Source: Tubiluchus corallicola
Lineage: Eukaryota; Animalia; Priapulida
Length of the DNA stretch: 64,000 nucleotides
NCBI GenBank assembly: GCA_030141605.1
Contig: JAQGDQ010000300.1
Coordinates: forward strand, 1-64,000
Reading direction: 5' to 3'
The notes below the pieces were generated by a model. The model was not told the DNA's origin. It ran no database searches and saw only the letters and a program-made list of their open reading frames with translations. Of this stretch, positions 37,861-51,363 are shown in pieces (positions within the stretch are counted from its first letter, which is position 1; each line of letters opens with the position of its first letter). The position numbers and the translations under genes were made by a program.

Positions 37861-38806
37861 CTTTCACCGTACTATATAAAAATCGTACACATTCCATTAA
37901 GTATTTACTAATTAGTCAATGATTATATTGTTGTACTCTGCCTCTTTAACACAACACCGTGGTGCTCAGTCAAATTTTTCCTGTTGAGGCTTATCCTGGA
38001 AAACCTGATACTGCACAGTACAGTTTGAATAAACAAACAAAACTAATTATTTTTATTTAGCACTTGTAGTCATTATATAATACTCACAAATCTCAATACC
38101 AAGGCAGAAAACATAAAACAACAAAACTAGTGCCGTGTAAAAACAGTCGACAGAAAGCTGTCGAACATTATTAGAAAGCCTCAATTAAGATTCTGGAAAC
38201 TTTCTTGGACTTTTCCGAGTTAACATGCTACCTCGACACTCGTAAAAATAGGCCTACGGTTGAACAAAAGTAATTAAAGTTGATATATTTGTCGCAATAT
38301 TATTACACTTAAAGGCAACTGTAATAACTGATGGAACATTGGATAGTCTTGCGCTGATGTTGGAACGGAGGCTACTCTTACGTGTTCGCTAGTTAGCTAA
38401 GCATTACAAATACACGTAATGCCAACACACACAACTACTGTTCAACTTAAGTTTTAACACCACATTTTAACAGATTTAATTACTTTTACCGTAAATCTAT
38501 TTACAACTTTTATCCTTTTATCTCGCAGAATGCCAGCGTTTGTCATATAAGTATCTGCGTAAAATTTGTAATGTATAAGTTAACGTGTATTTTAACTATT
38601 CATCACTGGAGTAGTAACATCAATTGTACACTCCCATCTGGGACTTTGTAGCTTTTAAATTTTATTGTTTACTGCAAAAAAATTAAAAAAGATACGTGGT
38701 AAATAACGGCGTATATAATAATAATAATAATATAATAAATTTGGCATGTCGACGCTTATAATAAGCCTCACGGAGGCGCAAGCACTCGAGCTGCTCAATG
38801 CTGGTC

Positions 38807-38969
38807 TCAAATTGTTTTACGAAGTTCGCATTGAAGATTGTGAACATTGAGTTCCCAGCCTCCGCCGTGACAGCAGTACAATCTGTGAAAACGTCCCGCT
38901 TTTGTTCTGTGTCTTTGGCAGGCAGGAGCCGTTTCTCCACACGATATCTTCTCCTCTCTGGGTAACTCT
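38807..38969 (-). CDS. Astacin metalloprotease, exon 13 (end of TSP1-like module and Cys-rich tail)
   Basis: TTACAG acceptor, phase 2; ELPREEKISCGETAPACQ...LYCCHGGGWELNVHNLQCELRKTI*. Confidence 0.8.
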
Positions 38970-39079
38970 CTGTAACGTAAATTATGTATCAGAACAAAAC
39001 GTAACATGACGTCATGAAATGTAAACTGCTTTTTCTTTGCAAGTGAAGTGCACTTACAACCTATAATAATAGTGATAAA

Positions 39080-39629
<550 letters not shown>

Positions 39630-39769
39630 CTAGCTTCAACATAGTTATCATAAATAACATTGGCATCATCCCTTTCATCTCCGTTATTGCTATAATCATC
39701 ATCTTCAACAATTTCACTGACAACAAAGATATTGCTGTGGCAAGACTGATGTCTCTGAACAAAACTTAC

Positions 39770-40535
39770 CTGCACCTGAAGCCTTGTTGTTCAATGCATG
39801 TACATGTCTGAATATGGCATCCACATCTTCTTCTTGGCTCTAAGTGGCACTCAGAGCAGTTCTCATATTTGGTACAAATACAGGGACCTGGCGAGGAGGT
39901 GGACGAAGTATTTGATGGTGGAGGTGTTTGTAACCTTGAAGATTGTAGCATTGTGCTGGACGTTGTAGTTAATCCTGTTGATTCATTTTGTTGCGCAACG
40001 TTGTCTTTTCTGAACACTTGCATTTTAGGTCCATTGTTGGTTGTCACGTTTGAAAGGCCAGACGAGGACTTAACATCCTCTACAGCATCTGATGATCTTG
40101 CTAGTTTTGAAGAGACGTTCGTCGACTTACTACCTGCCAATCTGTCTCTCTTAAAGTGGGACATTCTTCTCTGTGATCGAGGAAATTTTTTAAACGATCT
40201 AGAAGTTGCCACAAATGATGCAGATGTCGTTGTTTCTGGAAGATTATTTGAAGAGCCTATTGTATTGATTTTAACGGATGATGCAGTTGACTCTGGCTTA
40301 GTGGTCGTCATGGCTGGGGAGGAAATTGGCTTTTTTGACACAAATTGTTCCACCGGCATTGGAGTCCTTGCTGCAGCTGTCGTTGTCTGATTGTTGCTAG
40401 CAGCTGTAGATACCATTATGGCGTTCGTGGAATCAAGAAGCTCATCCTCGTCATCAGTTCTACCTGTTTCTACAGGTTCTACGTGTGAGCTAATTACTTT
40501 GTCTATTTCCAAATCTGTCTCAGGACAACCGGTCA
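39770..40535 (-). CDS. Astacin metalloprotease, exon 12 (Ser/Thr-rich linker and start of TSP1-like module)
   Basis: TTTCAG acceptor phase 1, CAG|GTAAGT donor phase 2; VTGCPETD...CICTKYENCSECHLEPRRRCGCHIQTCTCIEQQGFRC-R. Confidence 0.85.
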
Positions 40536-41282
40536 CTGAAATGCATGACACACTTGACATCAACTAGTTTTGGAATTATAGATATCTCGTTATGTAACTT
40601 GACCAATGTTCTTTTTCTTAAAATTAAATGCCTCCACTTACTGTGTAAAAATTGTGTTCTTGCAAGCCAAAACCACCCATAAGTCGGCATACTTAAAACT
40701 ACGTTACTATACTTCAAAATAAAATGCACCAGAAATTTGGTCAAATGTCAATTTCTTGTTTTTTGTTTATAAAAATAAATGTTAAACATATTGGACTTTT
40801 ATATTCAACCACGAAATTAACAAGAAAATGTTCAAAAAATACTAAAAATCTAATTTCATAACCCCGTGCCCACATTTCTGGCTAGAAACTAGTAATGCAA
40901 TTGTAAAAAAACTTGTATTTTTAAACTCCGATAGAAGCTCGTGAAAGCTATCATTGTGCTTCGGCTTTTTTTTGTTGCCAAGCCTAGATCTTCGGAAGGA
41001 AAGGCCAACTTCAATGTGCTCTTGTAAAGTCCATAGCAACCGCGCGAAAGTGTTTTGCAGCAACGAGACAAAATACAATGGCTAACTTTAACAGCGATTT
41101 TCTCAAGTTTATGTTTTTCGGTGCATAGCGTGCACTTCAACTGCAAAGTGGATTATCTCAGCTTAAGGAATAACATAGAGTGATGGTGTCAGGAAAATGA
41201 TCAGGAAATGTGAATAACTAGAAAAGCTTAATTGCCGACTCATTGACGATGTTACTATGCAAACAGACAAATATGAAGTTAC

Positions 41283-41398
41283 CTTCGACGTGCACGCTAA
41301 AATATCCTCCCATAGAATTAATGCTAAGAAGAGCTTCATTTCCACTGGAGTTGAGAGTCACGGGTAGGCTATGGCCGAGAGGGTGTCCACTACAAAAC
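41283..41398 (-). CDS. Astacin metalloprotease, exon 11 (CUB C-part)
   Basis: TTTATAG acceptor, AAG|GTAAC donor; FCSGHPLGHSLPVTLNSSGNEALLSINSMGGYFSVHVE. Confidence 0.85.
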
Positions 41399-41561
41399 CT
41401 ATAAATACCAGCAGAAACACCGGAAGTATTAAGAAATTTTGGCTGCGTCGCAGTTGAAATTCATTCTGCATTGCAAACATTGTGGCAACTACAATAGTTG
41501 AAGGATAAACATTAATTATGAGACTAATAACTAGTCTTTTTAATGTTCAGCAAATACTTAC

Positions 41562-41692
41562 CTTGGCCCACCATCGATAACATTTCTGAACTTTATTTCC
41601 ATCCAGTCTTTACAATCTAAGAACAAGCTTTCATAATTGTTGACCGTTTCAGCTTTATTCACAACAATTCTCAACGTAGCATTGACTGGAGC
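41562..41692 (-). CDS. Astacin metalloprotease, exon 10 (CUB middle)
   Basis: TTATAG acceptor, AAG|GTAAGT donor; APVNATLRIVV...LDCKDWMEIKFRNVIDGGP-R. Confidence 0.87.
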
Positions 41693-42174
41693 CTATAATT
41701 CGATAACAACAAAAGAACTCGTAACAGTGACCAAATTTGGATAACACACATCAACTGTTATGAAAATTTACGCAAAACTTAAATATATTTTCAGAGCTAT
41801 CATTGAGAGAGGGGCTTCCGTTCGAAAGACACATCCTGACACCAGTGTTCTGCCGTTGGGTCTCTCCGCCAGGTGAGTTGCAAACCCCTGGATGGTTTGA
41901 ACCAGAGCTATCTGTAGGCAAGAGGCCTCTGTTTGAGTGCCTCATCGTGAAATTAGATTATAAAACGAAACGAGTGGGAGATATCATTAACCAGCTTTGC
42001 CAGAGTAGCATAAAAACTGGCCAAAATGCTTGACTAACTTACTAATGGCTGAATAAAAGAGGTATAAAATATTGAAACCAATAAACTGTTAACGTTTTGC
42101 ATGTGAATGAAACTGAACAGCTGATTAGGCACAAAACCTAGAGGGCAATCTATTCTTGAGAGGTGACGCGACAA

Positions 42175-42340
42175 GTCCTGAGAAGGCGGGAGCAGACTTG
42201 TCCTGTTTGGCGCTTAAACTATCAACAGCAACCTCTGAACTCAAGGATTTAGATGCGCAGGCACTTATAATTATAGATTTTGAACAGGTAAAACGGGTAA
42301 GAATCTAAATTTAAGCCAATCAGAAAGTAGGATTTGTGCA
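42175..42340 (+). repeat. Dispersed repeat; inverted copy at 6035-6200
   Basis: Alignment by eye as described for 6035. Confidence 0.75.
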
Positions 42341-43610
42341 TTTATTGCGGGTAAGATTATTACATTTTGATTTACTGGGGTGTTTTTGTTTTAAAGTGAC
42401 TTTTATATGCATATATAACACCTATTTTTACAATGCCTAAATTAGGCTTAAATACATTCGCTCTAGTTCTTTCTTACATTATAGCTTAATTATGTGAAAC
42501 AAACTATGTTGTCTTCCGAACATGCACAATTGCTTGCGAGATGTACTAAGTATCTGTCAAAATCTGATGGACATGGACGACTGAAAACAGAAAATATCAA
42601 ACGAATTTTTTCCTAAACCGTTTCGTGTTTTTATTTGCTGAATGCTCAAAGTGACTCTAGGAAGCATCGCAAACACTTGGAAACAAAAGAAAAAACTGAA
42701 TTTATTGATATGTTTATTGAGCGACGATCATTTCGGCTACTGAAGCCGTTTTCAAACTATAATTCAAGCTGCTGGTTTCCCTTATTGTACTTCCCACTTG
42801 TTGTAAATTGTGCAAAATGTAGAAGTTGTGTTTTGTTCTCGTAATGCTTACTGCTGTGGTTCTTCATTATGTAGACTTGGGTTGATTGTTTACCTCTTGT
42901 GTTCGTTTTGTTTCTCATGTGTTAGGTAAAAATTTTGTTCATTGCTCTGTAATTTCTTCCGTTACAGCCTGGTTTATTTTGATAAGTTAAATTCTAATCT
43001 GTTGTTTTGTAGTTTCAGTTTGTGCCTTCGTACATCATTCATGTATTATTTATTCTTCCTCTTGACCTGATTTATAGATTGATTATGGCTTCAGTATCCC
43101 GGACGATCGTCGCTCAATAAACATGTTGATTCCTAGAAGCTGTCTCTTTCGTTTATTGACTTTATTGAGTTGAAACTAGACGTCATGTAACCTATTAAGG
43201 CACGTGAGCTAATATAGAGCCATCGGTGATATAATGATTTACAAAGGAGCGGAATTTTTAAGAGATAGGAAAGGTGAGCTACGATATTTGCTAAAACATT
43301 CAAACTCTAGATTATTACTTCAACAGCACAATGGTCAAACTGTTACGTGTACTGTGTACATGGACTGTTATATGTTACTCAATGATGTAAGACTGTAAGT
43401 TCACAAAGTAACAGTTAAATAGTGCAAGGCTTACCTTGGAGTTAAATATTTCACTTCTCAAATTTTATTATAAAGCTTGCAAATTTCGCTTTTTCTTAAA
43501 ATTTACGATTTTCAGATAGTAGATGCTAAAGATATGCAAAGGCAGGGATGATATGCAAAAAACCTGTATTAAACACAAAGACAATACTGCAGTTTCTAAT
43601 CATATATTAC

Positions 43611-43720
43611 CCTTAGCAAAGAAAACATATTTATTCTAGAACTTGTGTTGTAGTAATTGAATTCCATTGGCCAACGTCTCTCCTTCCCACAACTCAAGTC
43701 AACAATACCGCCATCTGTTG
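43611..43720 (-). CDS. Astacin metalloprotease, exon 9 (CUB N-part)
   Basis: TTTCAG acceptor phase 1, AGG|GTAAT donor phase 0; TTDGGIVDLSCGKERRWPMEFNYYNTSSRINMFSLLR. Confidence 0.8.
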
Positions 43721-43929
43721 CTGAAACATATAAACTTTGCTGAAACATCGGCAACAAGCTACTATGTATAACAATTGCGCGAGATGCCTCGTTACTGACA
43801 TAATTCTTTAAACGCTAATAAAGAATTTTGGTAACCATTATAAAAGTCCCTTAACGTAATTTTATTAATATCTAACGAAAACGTTTTTAACTGTTATGAC
43901 TTAAAAGATTAATTTATTTTAATTCTTAC

Positions 43930-44064
43930 TTCCTTCACTGAGTACAAGATGCTGACATAAATTTCCAGCAAATCCACCAGGACAAATGCAAACGTTACAG
44001 TTATTTGGATTCCAATATCCTCCATGAAGACAACGCTGATCTCCTACGTTCTCGGGGCAAGAAT
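43930..44064 (-). CDS. Astacin metalloprotease, exon 8 (EGF-like domain)
   Basis: DSCPENVGDQRCLHGGYWNPNNCNVCICPGGFAGNLCQ; phase 1-1 exon with GTAAG donor. Confidence 0.92.
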
Positions 44065-44329
44065 CTAAGACAAATTAATACTTTACTAAACTGCTCACGT
44101 AGTCGCAGTAAAGTTAATCTCTCCATTTGATAAATGTATCTGTAGTATATTTTGTATGCGTAGATCTTATAAATTGATTTCTCACTTATAACATCAAAAC
44201 CATTAATTTGATTAAATCTATCAGTATAAAATCTATAACTCTAAAACTGCATAAGTACAAATATATGTTTTATTCGCAAGATTTTATTTAACAGATATTT
44301 AAACAAATTTTAAATTTAAATAGTTTCAC

Positions 44330-44465
44330 CTTCACAATAAACACGATTAACTTTCAAAACATCATAGAATGAAAGATCTTCAGTTTGTCCAATTCTCGTT
44401 TGCATCAGGCTGTCCAATGTCTGAATCGTGTATTCCGGATAAGCAACGTCCTCTCTTGCAAAAGC
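44330..44465 (-). CDS. Astacin metalloprotease, exon 7 (end of catalytic domain)
   Basis: AFAREDVAYPEYTIQTLDSLMQTRIGQTEDLSFYDVLKVNRVYCE (IGQxxxLSxxD...NxxYC). Confidence 0.92.
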
Positions 44466-44750
44466 CTGAAAAAGACTGATACAGTTTGAAGCTTCGCATA
44501 AAACATTTGCTGTACGCCTTATTTTCGAAGAGCGATCACACTTGGATTGTATCAAGTGTTAAAGACTTACAAACTGCACACTAACTTTGCGAATCTTAAA
44601 CGATCTAGATCTGAGAGTTGTTAAGCTCCATTAATAATAGAAAAATGAAGAATGCAAAAAAGTGCAATGTTTATGCCACGTCAAAACAAAACAGCCTATT
44701 TTCATTACGTTTATGTGGCAGACGATGAAAATTGAAAGTCGTTGGGCAAA

Positions 44751-44763
44751 GAGAGAGAGAGAG

Positions 44764-44814
<51 letters not shown>

Positions 44815-44828
44815 AAGAGAGGGAGAGC

Positions 44829-44879
<51 letters not shown>

Positions 44880-44880
44880 G

Positions 44881-44972
<92 letters not shown>

Positions 44973-45033
44973 AAGAGAGGGAGAGCGAAAGAGAGAGAGA
45001 GAGAGAGAGAGAAGAGAGAGAGCGAAAGAAAGC

Positions 45034-45085
<52 letters not shown>

Positions 45086-45104
45086 AAGAGAGAGAGCGAA
45101 AGAG

Positions 45105-45148
<44 letters not shown>

Positions 45149-45200
45149 CGAAAGAGAGAGAGAGAGAGAGCGAGACAGACAGATAGACAGAAACAGACAG
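44751..45200. repeat. (GA)n microsatellite, intronic
   Basis: Directly visible. Confidence 0.98.
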
Positions 45201-45485
45201 GGGAAAGTCAATAGAGAAAACATGGTGAGTTTTAGCTTTCCACTGGTTTGTGTTCATTTAAGCGTTGAATGTAAAGAACACTGTACCTCGTTGGGATTTA
45301 CACATTGAAACACAAATTGTAGAGCATTTTGGCATTATTAATTTTATCACAATTAAACACTACCGCACTATGGCTCCACCTGCCCGCAATGATTAAAATT
45401 AAACTGAACTGATGTTTGGCAATGATGGGTCTGTAAAATATTCGTCGGAGAGAAATCACATATTAAACGTTAAAAGTTAATTTAA

Positions 45486-46151
45486 AGCGAAACCGGACCC
45501 AATCTTAAACTGAATCTTAAACTTAATCTTAATCTCAAAACAATCTATTCTTTAAAACATTGCAAAAAACGTACTATTTTTTTCAGAAATGACTTACGTG
45601 AAAGAATTATCGCCACAAAAACATAATTTCACGTTCGCGCCACTAGTTCTTCACTGTTACATGCATTTCGCCATTCGCTAGTTAGACGGGCACTAGTGCC
45701 TGCATTTTAGTAACTCATTGCACAAATAACAGGTGCTGTACATCTCTGTTCAGATGTGTTAGTTTCTGACGAACTACGCACGTTCGACAGCTCATGCGTG
45801 ATACAGTGATACAGTGATAACAGTGATGCGTGAGTACAGTGATAAATTTGAAATTTGAATTTTTATCTTAAAACTTGCCTATTTTCAGTAAAACTGACTG
45901 AATATCTTACAGTAGCATTGTACTTCAATACTTCGCAAACACGTGCAACACGCTCGTGGAATATCTTTGCTGTTGAAAATTATGTTAGTTTGTGATGTCA
46001 TCAATAGTTGAGTTAACTCGCCGTTAATAAAGATTTTAATCTATTATTTAATTATCAGAAACGCCGCCTTTGTAGTATTTCTGGTATTAAACTGTATACT
46101 TTTTACCATGCTTGAAAATGGGGTAGTATATGAAAAATCATCCTGCCTTTT
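45486..46151 (+). mobile_element. Kolobok-like non-autonomous DNA transposon, copy E (longest, ~666 bp)
   Basis: TTAA|AGCGAAACCGGACCC ... AAAAATCATCCTGCCTTTT|TTAA; lies in an astacin intron. Confidence 0.85.
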
Positions 46152-46257
46152 TTAAGCTACATGTTGAAGTTTTATTTACAGAAGTTGGAAGTAGACGAAA
46201 CACAAATCCCATTGAAATAAATTGAATATTGTGTGAAAGTGTATTGCCTGTGAGAGT

Positions 46258-46359
<102 letters not shown>

Positions 46360-46415
46360 GATAATTGTGTAAGAAGTTTCAGTGAGCGTGAGTATGTCAT
46401 CTTAAATGCGTATAC

Positions 46416-46610
46416 CCATCCTCCATAATGCATCAATGACATCAGGTCGTAAGGAATTTCCTGAGATGCGTCGTAGTGTTTTACAAAAGCCCCACGGTGT
46501 TGACTGAGTGCATTCTCTGCTCGGATTCTAATATGCCCATCTCTATCTGGTCGGCTGTGCTCATGGCGGAAGCCAAGAACATGAAGAATCTCGTGCTGGA
46601 TGATGTGCAA
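46416..46610 (-). CDS. Astacin metalloprotease (M12A), exon 6 (zinc-binding site and Met-turn)
   Basis: HEILHVLGFRHEHSRPDRD (HExxHxxGFxHExxRxDRD) and YDLMSLMHYG (SxMHY); phase 0-0. Confidence 0.96.
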
Positions 46611-47702
46611 CTGTTAACAATCAAAATTATAAGAAAAGCTGTCATGCTAAATCTGTCAAACTGCATACTGAGTATAACAATAGCTAATAGAAAGGAAAAT
46701 GTAAATAAGATCAGCTTTTTACAGTTTCGGTGTGCGCACGCGCAGTTGCTGTAGGTCAAACGTTAAGTGTACCACAGCAACGTGTCTTAACTAATACCGT
46801 CATGTGACATGTGTGTAAAGCAAAGCCGTTTGTCATATAAGTTCAGTAACTTAAGTTGTTTTCGGTGGACTTTACTTCTGCATTAGTCTGTGCGTAGATT
46901 AATTTGCTAGCAGTATCTCGCTAGGAAACAAGAAAAAATGAATGAAGGTAATAGTCTTGTTGGCTGTTAAAACTGTTAGTATTACAGCAGCATGGGCTGC
47001 GAGATATTGTCAAGTGTACACAAATGTGTTGTCTGGTACACTTAACCTTTGACTTTTTTCACGATCATCTTCAATCGCTGGAACTACGAAAAGGCTTATT
47101 AAACCCATTAGTGCCAAAAGTCTTATTTTATATAAAATGTTTACGTGATTAGTCTAAGGGACCTAATAAGCAATAATATTGGTTTAAATAACATAAGTTA
47201 CCCAGCTAACCTTTGTGAAAGGGTTCAGGTCATTTTCACTCTAACTCAGCTTCATGTTTGTCTAAGTTTTTTTTTGTTATGGAAAAATTTATAACAAATC
47301 TTACTTTTTCTAAATGCCAGAGATTATACGTCTGCAACAAAGGCCCCAAGCACAACGTTTACGACTATAACGACTCTGTTTTACTGCTTTACAAATTTTA
47401 GATACAGAAACCTCGTTTTAATGAAAAAAATTATACTAATAATGCACACTTGACTTTGACTCTCGCAGTATATTTTAATGGGTTCTACAGGCTGTGTCAG
47501 TGAGTAGCTTTTGACAGCTCGATAGATAAGAAGACAAAAGGAGCCCTGATTGGCCATTGCTAGGTGGACCAAGTTGGCTGACTGACATTTCCTAAACAGA
47601 TTTAGAGAAGGGAGAAGCAGGAAGGGGAACAGAGGAGATGGAAAGGCAGATGACACGGAAGTTAAGAGGTGAGGGACATAACCACATGGACTACATACGT
47701 AC

Positions 47703-47772
47703 ATGCTGACAATTAGAACCTATTGACACCTGATGCTCTCCACTTGATGACATGCCCAGCTGAGAATAGCAT
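47703..47772 (-). CDS. Astacin metalloprotease, exon 5
   Basis: TTTCAG acceptor; G-CYSQLGMSSSGEHQVSIGSNCQH (GCxSxxG...QxSIGxxC). Confidence 0.92.
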
Positions 47773-48235
47773 CTGAAACAGTAAAATAAGATGTTATTTT
47801 AGTTCAGCTTCAGATATGAAACAAAAAAATCTAAGTTGCTGCTGTATTTTTGAACAATCAAAAATCCGAAAAAGTAAACCTGTATTTAGGGCAGGCATTA
47901 AATTTTGTATATTACAGAGTTTCGCTAAAAATTTATAAACTACAGTAAAGCCGTCTTTTTAATATAGTTACCTAAAAGAATTTTGCATTAAAAGTCGAAA
48001 CGCGATCGCTACATAACAAATTAATAAATATTAAGAAAGAAATTATCAAAAAATAAATAAATAAATGACAATTCGATAAAATCTAACATTTAATTGTCGG
48101 GGTCATTAGATTTACATAGAGCAGGAAGTTTCGGTTTACTCATATATACACGTCCTGCTTTATTAAAACCAAATAAACAAATGAATACATACATACATAA
48201 AAAATAAGATATTTAGAGCGTTTTTGTCATCTCAC

Positions 48236-48362
48236 CCTTGTCCTTTTATGAAACTGATGTAGTTTTCATGAATTGGCCTTGACGTTTTTTCCTCAAACCG
48301 AATACAAGTCAGGCGTTGCCATCGAGAAAGAGCAGTTCTGATGAGATTGGTGAAAGTTCTAC
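48236..48362 (-). CDS. Astacin metalloprotease, exon 4
   Basis: RTFTNLIRTALSRWQRLTCIRFEEKTSRPIHENYISFIKGQ-G (W...TCIRF); GTGAG donor. Confidence 0.92.
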
Positions 48363-48869
48363 CTACAACAGCAAAGAAGATGTATTTACGACGACGTGAA
48401 CGAATTTCTCAAACACACAAGACTGTAAATACTTTTACAGGCAGAGATAGTTTATTCTGATCAGTTTTAAAATCCTTCATTGTTCCATCTTAAATGCGTT
48501 ATGCGTTATTGTGTATCGGAATGCGTTACGCGTTATGGCGTACCCAACTGCGTATAAAAAATTAATGGGAAATAACTGCAGAAAAAATAACGCAATAACG
48601 CAGGTCTGTTAAACGGGTTCATTGAAAACAATATAAAATGATTTTTATTGTCGCGTTAGTGGTTGACAATACGCTCGAAAATGAATACGTTCCCGTCACA
48701 ACTATCGACAGTGAATACACCTTGCTGTTGATTACAGAAAGCCAAGTTGTATAAAATGATGTTTAAAGTAAAATATGAATAAACAACACCGACCTGTGTT
48801 CGTTTTCTACATAACTCACTGACAAATACGAATTTTTTTATTATCAAGCTCAGATTATAGTCTTAACTC

Positions 48870-49022
48870 CTCGGGGAACATAAAACGCTACATCAACACG
48901 GAGCTCAAGTGTCGATCTTGCACAAAGACGACACTGTAAAGCAGAGCTACCAGCATGGTTGAGATTCGAACTCGAAACCTTGTCTCAGAAATCAAGTACT
49001 TAACCAACTAAGTTAACCGGCC
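48870..49022 (-). mobile_element. tRNA-derived SINE remnant
   Basis: Minus strand GGTTAACTTAGTTGGTTAAG (A box) ... GAGTTCGAATCTC (B box), then GTGTCGTCTTTGTGCAAGATCGACACTT, similar to the GTGTCCTTG.GCAAG.CACTT SINE body motif. Confidence 0.6.
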
Positions 49023-49194
49023 GTGGAGTCAGGTACTAAATTAGTCTATTTCAAAGTAAGTTAAACAATAAAAAGCAATAGTTAGTTGTCCTAATGTAGA
49101 ATTTAACACTTCGAATTGTAAAAACAAGAGAGGTAGATTATTATTTTTGCAAACTTTCGTAAAACAGAAGCTATGGCTCTTGTACTTTACTTAC

Positions 49195-49357
49195 TTCGCA
49201 TTTCAATCACGTATGGAATTTCTCTTGGCCACTTATACTGCCTTACATCCAATAATGTCTCACCGCCTTGCATGCGATGAAGCAACGTTTGACGTAACTG
49301 GTCAACGGATTCCACTATATCACCATCGGTTAAACCGTTCCAGTAAAAATTGTCTCC
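49195..49357 (-). CDS. Astacin metalloprotease, exon 3 (pro-segment Asp switch and start of catalytic domain)
   Basis: TTTTAG acceptor; GDNFYWNGLTDGDIVESV...YKWPREIPYVIEMR (xGDI and WP..IPY motifs); GTAAGT donor, phase 1. Confidence 0.88.
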
Positions 49358-49411
49358 CTAAAACATTCCTTGTTAAAATTGATGCCTGTCTGGTAAAAAT
49401 ATTAATGTCGT

Positions 49412-49561
49412 TGATGATGATGATGACGATGATCATGACGATGATGATGGTGGTAATGATGATGATGATGATGACGATGACGATAGCGACGACAATTATG
49501 ATGACAATGACGATGATGATGATGATGATGATGATGATGTTAATGATGATGATTGATGATA

Positions 49562-49652
<91 letters not shown>
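49412..49652. repeat. (GAT)n microsatellite
   Basis: Directly visible. Confidence 0.97.
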
Positions 49653-49653
<1 letters not shown>

Positions 49654-49964
49654 ATAATAAGTGATCATAATTAAGAAATGCATTGTCAGACAACATGGTA
49701 GAGATTTATGTCATGAATTAATGGAACTGATGTTAAGTGGAAGAGCATTGGAAGCATACAAAATATCAAAAATTCAAAAATACAGACGTTATCAGAACAG
49801 TGTATTAGAAACATACAAGTTATCATTTCATTTTCAATTTTATATTGCTGGAAACGAAAATTCGATCAACCAATATATATATATATATTCTAGTTCCATT
49901 TATATCTTACGTTGTAGCTAGTTCTTAGTCTGCCTAATACCATCAGACTGAAAATAACACTTAC

Positions 49965-50042
49965 CCTTGAAATGTTCCTGAGTCGTCGTACTATTCTCTC
50001 AGCTTGATGAAATTCGCGTTTGCTTCTTCCTCTATATCTTTC
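49965..50042 (-). CDS. Astacin metalloprotease, exon 2 (pro-region with RSKR furin-type site)
   Basis: AATAG acceptor and AGG|GTAAGT donor, phase 0-0; ERYRGRSKREFHQAERIVRRLRNISR. Confidence 0.75.
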
Positions 50043-51363
50043 CTATTAAGGTCAAAAGAGCGTAAGAAATTATACACTAGTTTAGGTCAACTGACTGTTG
50101 AACTTTTGCTATACCGTGCAAACCCGGAAAAAATCATGTTGCCTGTATAATTATTACAATTATCGTTTCCAGCGTCCATATAACAGTGCTATCGCTTATT
50201 GCTTTTTTAAAAAATCATTTTTAGCATCGAGGATCGATTGGACAAGGTTACCAAATTCGACCAAATTTCGATCAGGCGACTGGCTAATTTGATTAAGAAG
50301 CAAGCAAACGCTGGGGAAGTCGACAGGCAGGGTGACGCAAAAAGCTCGGCAGGATGTCGGATAAGAAAGTTGGCAAAAGGGTCGACCAAAACATGTCAGC
50401 CGAAAAGGTCGACCTTTTATTGGGTGATAGGCTTTCAATTATTGTAATTTAGTTAACTCTCTGAAAATATAAGCTGAGAGCGATTTTAACTGTCATAAGG
50501 TTCAAGTAGTAATACAATCAACCAGGTTCTGAGGATTTATATGCTACTCACGCAAGAAACGTATGACAATATCATAGCCAGAATTTAAAATTTCAAACAC
50601 GAATTGCAAACTTTCGTCGACCGATGATGACCGTCACTCAGTTGGGCAGACATTTGCGATCAGTATAACTTTTGGGTAATTGCATTTTACCTTGGCGAGC
50701 AAAGACCATTAAGAAAAGTGGTCATTGGTCATCGATCAACTCTGTATAAGTATCATTTTCGATTCAGAAGTTGTAGTTGGTATGTTATTAAGTTTCTAAA
50801 ATCAAACTCGGCCGAAAGAAACAAATATGAAAAAGTTGGAACTGGGTCTAGATTTCAAGATTTGAACCAGGGACTTTTGGACCACATATCTGATGTCATG
50901 ACCTCTGGTCCAAGCTTTAAACATAACAAACAATCATAACAAACTTTAAATCAATCCTAACTGCTCACCGAGCCAGAATTTCCAAAAATTAGATTACGCA
51001 CGCTAAAATGACTAATAACTAATTAAATTAATTTTTAGAAGACATTTTGAGCCTAATTTAAATAGCGAGTAATTAAATAAATAAAAAATTATTTTATAAA
51101 TTACAGAACTATCGTGGAATCAACCCACAATTATTAATTCTTTTTGATCAATTTTTTCTGAAACAAAGTAAATGTGTAAAGGTCAGAAAGTATTTTTGAC
51201 AACTGGGTATACTTCATGAATTAATCTAGGCTCTGAATTAATCATAAAACTTTCAACCTCATAAAGGTAAAAAAACTACAAGGTCATGCGCAAACTGCAT
51301 TTGTTATCGCAAGTAGTTATTCTTATCAGCATCAAAATTTGGAAAAGTATGCCACATTGTTAC

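Noticed and set aside
41751-41945. Minus-strand ORF with TGVRMC resembling a CUB motif
   Set aside because: The CUB domain is completed in frame by exons 41562-41692 and 41283-41398 (GGPRFC); this ORF lacks fitting splice sites and looks like repeat-derived intron.
48940-49022. tRNA gene
   Set aside because: A and B boxes are present but there is no intact cloverleaf and a SINE-like body follows. Similar lone B boxes at ~6443, ~50860 and ~53738 are probably also SINE debris.
49358-49391. Alternative upstream acceptors (CCAG/ACAG) for astacin exon 3
   Set aside because: Both lead to in-frame stops; only the TTTTAG acceptor at 49358 keeps the GDI/WP-IPY frame.
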